From Eledone cirrhosa (taxonomy: Eukaryota): a stretch of DNA of 64,000 nucleotides. The position numbers and the translations under genes were made by a program. The notes beneath the pieces were generated by a model. It was not told the DNA's origin and did not search any database. It worked only from the letters and a program-made list of their open reading frames with translations. This document shows positions 59,387-64,000 of the stretch, in pieces; positions within the stretch are counted from its first letter, which is position 1, and each line of letters starts with the position of its first letter. The stretch is taken from the NCBI GenBank assembly GCA_964016885.1, contig OZ024742.1, positions 205,158,001 through 205,222,000 of the forward strand. Reading direction: 5' to 3'.

Positions 59387-60957
59387 TTTAGCAGCATAGT
59401 ATATTAATGTTATTGAGACACGAGTAACATAATAATGATGTCAACAGCAGAAATTAGAGATGAAATGTATGTTTATTTTTGTTGTAGCACAAATAATGTT
59501 TGTTAACTTGTATGGTTGAAGTTACACATAAAATGAGGTTACAAAAGGGAATGTGCCATTGTGCCAGGCCCAAGGAAGGCCGGCAGGGCAAAGTGCAAAA
59601 TCTCACCGTCACATGTACGTGTTGCTGGTTCGAAGTTCAGAGTGTGAAAGAGAGATTCTTCAAATCCTCGCAGGGAATTTCTCCCTCAGGGTGCGTAGGG
59701 ATACATCCTCTTCTACTGGCGTTGATTGGCTGAGCTGAGCCAAATCACGCACAGAGAATGTATGTGAGCCCGTGGAATGTAGGTCACTACAATACTCCCC
59801 CTCTAGACGTAAGACGATACAGATTATTGTATCAGCAGGAAAAAAATGCTGAAAGAGGACATCAGTGAAAAAATAATTGAGCAGAAGGATGCATGCAAGA
59901 AAAAAAAATGAGGCACTAAGTGCCGTGTTGAGCCGCTGTGTCAAATGACTAGCTGTTTTGTAGTTTATACGTGACCACCAACGGTCTAACAGAAAACGGA
60001 TAAAGTCTGACATGGGCGAAGTTGCTGTTCTTGCATTAAATGTTAATGGTAAGTGTTGTACCAGTAGCTGTGGATGAAGCTATTATGGTAGTTTACCAGT
60101 GCTGGCAAGAAGATAATGGGTAGGCGAGAAAATGTCGGCCTCCCAGATGTATTGCCGAAAGTGCTAGGCAGCCAGGAAAAAATGGCTGGTTACTTTGAAA
60201 AGAAAAAAGCAAGTTGAATCTGTAGGTGGATAGTAGTTGCAGTGTAAATTCCATAATTCCGGCGAATCCACAGAAGTGGTGGAAATGCTGACAAGTCCAG
60301 TTCTATTTGTTGTTTTCCCAGTGAGTCGGGTAAGGTAACAAGATGGAGGTTATTATGGACGATGAGTGTGCAACGAGATGCGAAACTGAGTTCAGCTGCA
60401 ATTAGCATTCGCGTGTTGCGGTGCCTGTTTGAATCCAGGTGAATTAAGCTCTATGAGTCGCTAGCATGTGACGGCACCTCAATCAGGTGAAAAGGGATCT
60501 CGCAGAATACTACGTTTGAAGAACATATACTAAGAACAACCACTTTTAGCAGCATAGTATATTAATGTTATTGAGACACGAGTAACATAATAATGATGTC
60601 AACAGCAGAAATTAGAGATGAAATGTATGTTTATTTTTGTTGTAGCACCAATAATGTTTGTTAACTTGTATGGTTGAAGTTACACATAAAACGAGGTTAC
60701 AAAAGGGAATGTGCCATTGTGCCAGGCCCAAGGAACCAAGGAAGCCTGGCAGTGCAAAGTGCAAAATCTCACCATCACATGTACGTGTTGCTGGTTCGAA
60801 GTTCAGGGTGCGAGAGAGAGATTCTTCAAATCCTCGCGAGGAATTTCTCCCTCAGGGCGCGTAGGGATACATCCTCTTCTACTGGCGTTGATTGGCTGAG
60901 CTGAGCCAAATCACGCACAGAGAATGTATGTGAGCCCGTGGAATGTAGGTCACTACA
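59387..60957 (-). mobile_element. Small non-coding LTR retroelement (TRIM-like)
   Basis: LTRs at 59387-59791 and 60545-60957, ~750-bp internal region with no recognisable protein, PPT agagggggagtat next to the 3' LTR, TGG-starting PBS-like site next to the 5' LTR, and imperfect TSD tctt/tgtt. Confidence 0.85.
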
Positions 60958-61944
60958 TGTTGTTTAAAATAGGTACACCATATCACTGCATGGTATAAGA
61001 AGCATTTAAAATGGTTGACACAAAGAAGCTGTAAAACATTGTCTCAAAAAGGATCCCATGAATCCTGTGATGGGGGCAGGGAGGGAGATACCCATGTCTA
61101 GTTTAATGGTTTAATCTACGAGTTATCTTCCCAGTAGATTAACTCTCAGTAGCCATTATATTCAGCTGCATATACAAACACAGACACAGACATTTTTATA
61201 TACACACTCACAAAGTGATATATATAATAAAATTAGGAAAATCAACAAAGAGAAGACAATGAACGAAAACAAGGCAGAACGAAAAATAATTTTTTGAAAA
61301 TAAAAAACAAATAAAAGACACAGAACTCCAAGATCTTCAGCCATTGTATGTAAGGATAAACCTTTTGTTGTCAACAGTGAAAGTGCTCTCTAAACATCTT
61401 TAAAAGAGACAGGACAGGAGCACCACTATATTATTAAATCCCTCCCAGCTTTTTATTATTTTCAAAATAATTTGAAAAGCATATGCTGCCTTTTTCATTG
61501 TGAATATGGTAAAAAGTTTAGCTGTCTTTCAGGCAGCAAAAAACAAGACAAAATGCCATGTGCTATTTGTTTTGGTTGTCTGCACTTTCTAAAGTTTTGA
61601 ACTAATCAAAGTAAAAGAAGGAATGTGACAATAGAATATGAAGTAATTTTGATATAGGAACAAGACAAGCAATACACTTTTTAATATGAGTACAAAGCTA
61701 ACATTGGCATGATTTGAACTTGAAAGATAAGGAAATACCACATGGCATTTTGTCCTATGCCTTATAATAACTCTGATTGATACTTAAATACCAGTCATAT
61801 AGTGAGATCAATTAAAAACCTTTGTTATATATCTGTGAGAACTGGCCAGCAAAAGAAATGAATCATATTTCAGCTTTCTTCATAGAGTTGGGGGAGGGAG
61901 TGCTGTTCTCACAAACAGTGTGACTTGGGTATCTTAAACCGGGC

Positions 61945-62430
61945 AGAGAGGTCAGATTAGGTCAAACTGGATCAAATCTGACTAGATTGGAGCAAACTGG
62001 ATCAGTCCTGACTGGATCAAATTGGAATCAGGTCAGATCAGATCGGACTGCATTGAATCTGACTGGATCAGATCTGATCAGACTGGACTGGATTGGATCA
62101 TACCAGACAAGATCTGATCCAATCAGATTGTTCCAGACCAGATCAGATAGCTCCAGACCAAATTGGATCAGACTAGACCAAATCGGACTGGATTGGATCA
62201 GATCAGACTGGACAAGATTGGGTTACTCTGGATCAGGTTGGCTCAGACCAGATCAAATTGGATTGGATTACATCGGATTATTTCAGATCAGACTGGATTG
62301 AACAGATTAATAATATCTGTCTAATCCAATCCAATCCAATCTGATCTGACCCAACCCAATAGATGAAAAGAGAGAATGGGCTGGGTCAGATGGAACCGGA
62401 TTGGACAGATCTAGATCTAGTTTGATGTGA
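61945..62430. repeat. Degenerate pentanucleotide satellite (gatca/gattg/gactg)
   Basis: Directly visible 5-bp periodicity. Confidence 0.85.
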
Positions 62431-63309
62431 CCAGGCCCAATCTGTTAGATGAAGAGAGATAGAGAGAATGCTAAACATGAAATTCACAGCTAAAAATGTA
62501 TTTCCTTTCTATGAAGTGGTAGATTTCATATGTTTCTGTTTATATGATCTGTGTTTTAACTATTTGCCAGGTTTAGAGGAAGGGTCTGTGTCTATGATCT
62601 GTGTTTTTATTTAAAATAATATAAGAATAAAACCATATAATAGAAGAAGGAATAAAACCATATCCTAAGATCCGAGCATAAAATCGGTTAATCTACCTTA
62701 GTAGAGCCTCTACTTCTCCAAATTGAGAGATCACAGCTCTGGTACTATGGGCATGTGGTTAGAATGTCTCAGGAAAGAATATTGTCTAACATATTGTGAG
62801 GTGTGTCTTGGTTTCACTTGAGAGCCTAAAAGGGGAATTTATATACTGCTTGAAGCAAGTGGATGGGTAGGTGGTGTTTGTCATTTTGGAGTGTTTCAAG
62901 CTTTCCTGTGTAGGGGGTGAGAGGGTTCAGCAGCGAAGATGAATCAATCAAGGTTTGTCGTAGCTTTCCATGCTAGCATAGGTTGGGCAAAGAATTGAGG
63001 AGTAAACTAGCAAAGTGAAGACTTGAGAATTGTTCCATCTCTCTGTTTCTTTGGGTTTAGGGTGGTGAGAGGGATCAGGGCATGCTAGCTGGGCATTCAG
63101 GAATATACTGAGAGGACCTGATTGTTGTACCACCTCTCTGCTTCTGTAGGGTTAGGGTAGAGGGAGGAAGGTGATTAGCCATTCTTGTGATGCTTCTGTG
63201 GAGTTAGGATAGAGGAAGGAAGGTAGTTAGACATCTTCCTTGTGTTACATCATTCCACTTGTGTATTATGGAATATCACCAGTTTTCTTGGTTCTGGGTC
63301 ATCTCCTTT

Positions 63310-63480
63310 GTGAGGTTCAGCTGCATGAAGTTGACCTTCACCACATTATCCCTCAAGGTTCAGCTGCATGAAGTTGACCTAAACTACATCATCCCTCGAG
63401 GTTCAGCTGCATGAAATTGGCCTTCCCTACATCATCCCTTACAGTTCAGCAGAATGATGTCAGCCTTTACCACATCATCC
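63310..63480. repeat. ~43-bp minisatellite (aggttcagctgcatgaagttgacc...)
   Basis: About 4 degenerate units. Confidence 0.75.
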
Positions 63481-64000
63481 TATATATATTTAAAAAAAAT
63501 AATAATAAAGATTTGAAGATGCACCCAATGATTTTTATATATACATTAAAATTTACAATTCACAATGAAAATAAATTCTTCATACAAAATACATTGTATT
63601 TTCTTTTTTTTTTTTTTTTAATATAGCCTATTACTAGAACAGAAGTCTAATAAGGCCTCTCATATTTAGATCAGGATCACTGTTCCTTCCAATTACTCCT
63701 TTTCAAGTCAGGTGGTCTGTGCTAATATGTGCATTGATGTCTCCCATTAGAATATATGCCTTCTTGCACTTGTGGTACAAGCAAGCATAAAAAGTTGCTG
63801 CAGAGAAAGTAAAGCCATTCAAAGTTAAGACATGGAAGGACTTTGGGGTTAAGCTGGAATCCAAAAATAGAGTATTCTGGCAAACCATTCACCAACTTCA
63901 TAACAAGAACCACCACCACCACCCACGCCTGCTATCATAAATGCGTCTACCCTTAATTTAACAGTTCATACATGTGCCTAATTTATTTATATATAGAAAT

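Noticed and set aside
56900-64000. A second host gene downstream of MTR
   Set aside because: No recognisable coding exons. Isolated AG/GT pairs (e.g. ~58895-58958) lack ORF or homology support.

Overview
AT-rich, microsatellite- and transposon-dense animal genomic DNA. The SINE repertoire and composition suggest an octopus/coleoid mollusc, but this is inference. Positions 133-37379 (+) hold the last 16 coding exons of cobalamin-dependent methionine synthase (MTR/metH). They total 1803 nt (600 aa plus stop), all introns are GT-AG with consistent phase, and they cover the cap, B12-binding and SAM-reactivation domains. Introns and the downstream region contain Penelope, RTE, R4/Dong-like, CR1-like, Ty3/Gypsy, Chapaev3, hAT, Tc1/pogo, piggyBac-type, Helitron and tRNA-SINE remnants. 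The three most notable non-standard structures are: (1) a ~655-bp x2.85 tandem array in which every unit carries a type I hammerhead ribozyme (retrozyme/circRNA-like), with related hammerhead fold-back modules next to (TA)n tracts; (2) a 17.2-kb composite Helitron that captured hammerhead modules and contains an inverted 8.2-kb copy of itself, all inside a hAT MITE with an 8-bp TSD; (3) several MTR codons that differ from conserved residues by G-to-A changes, which are candidate restorative A-to-I editing sites.
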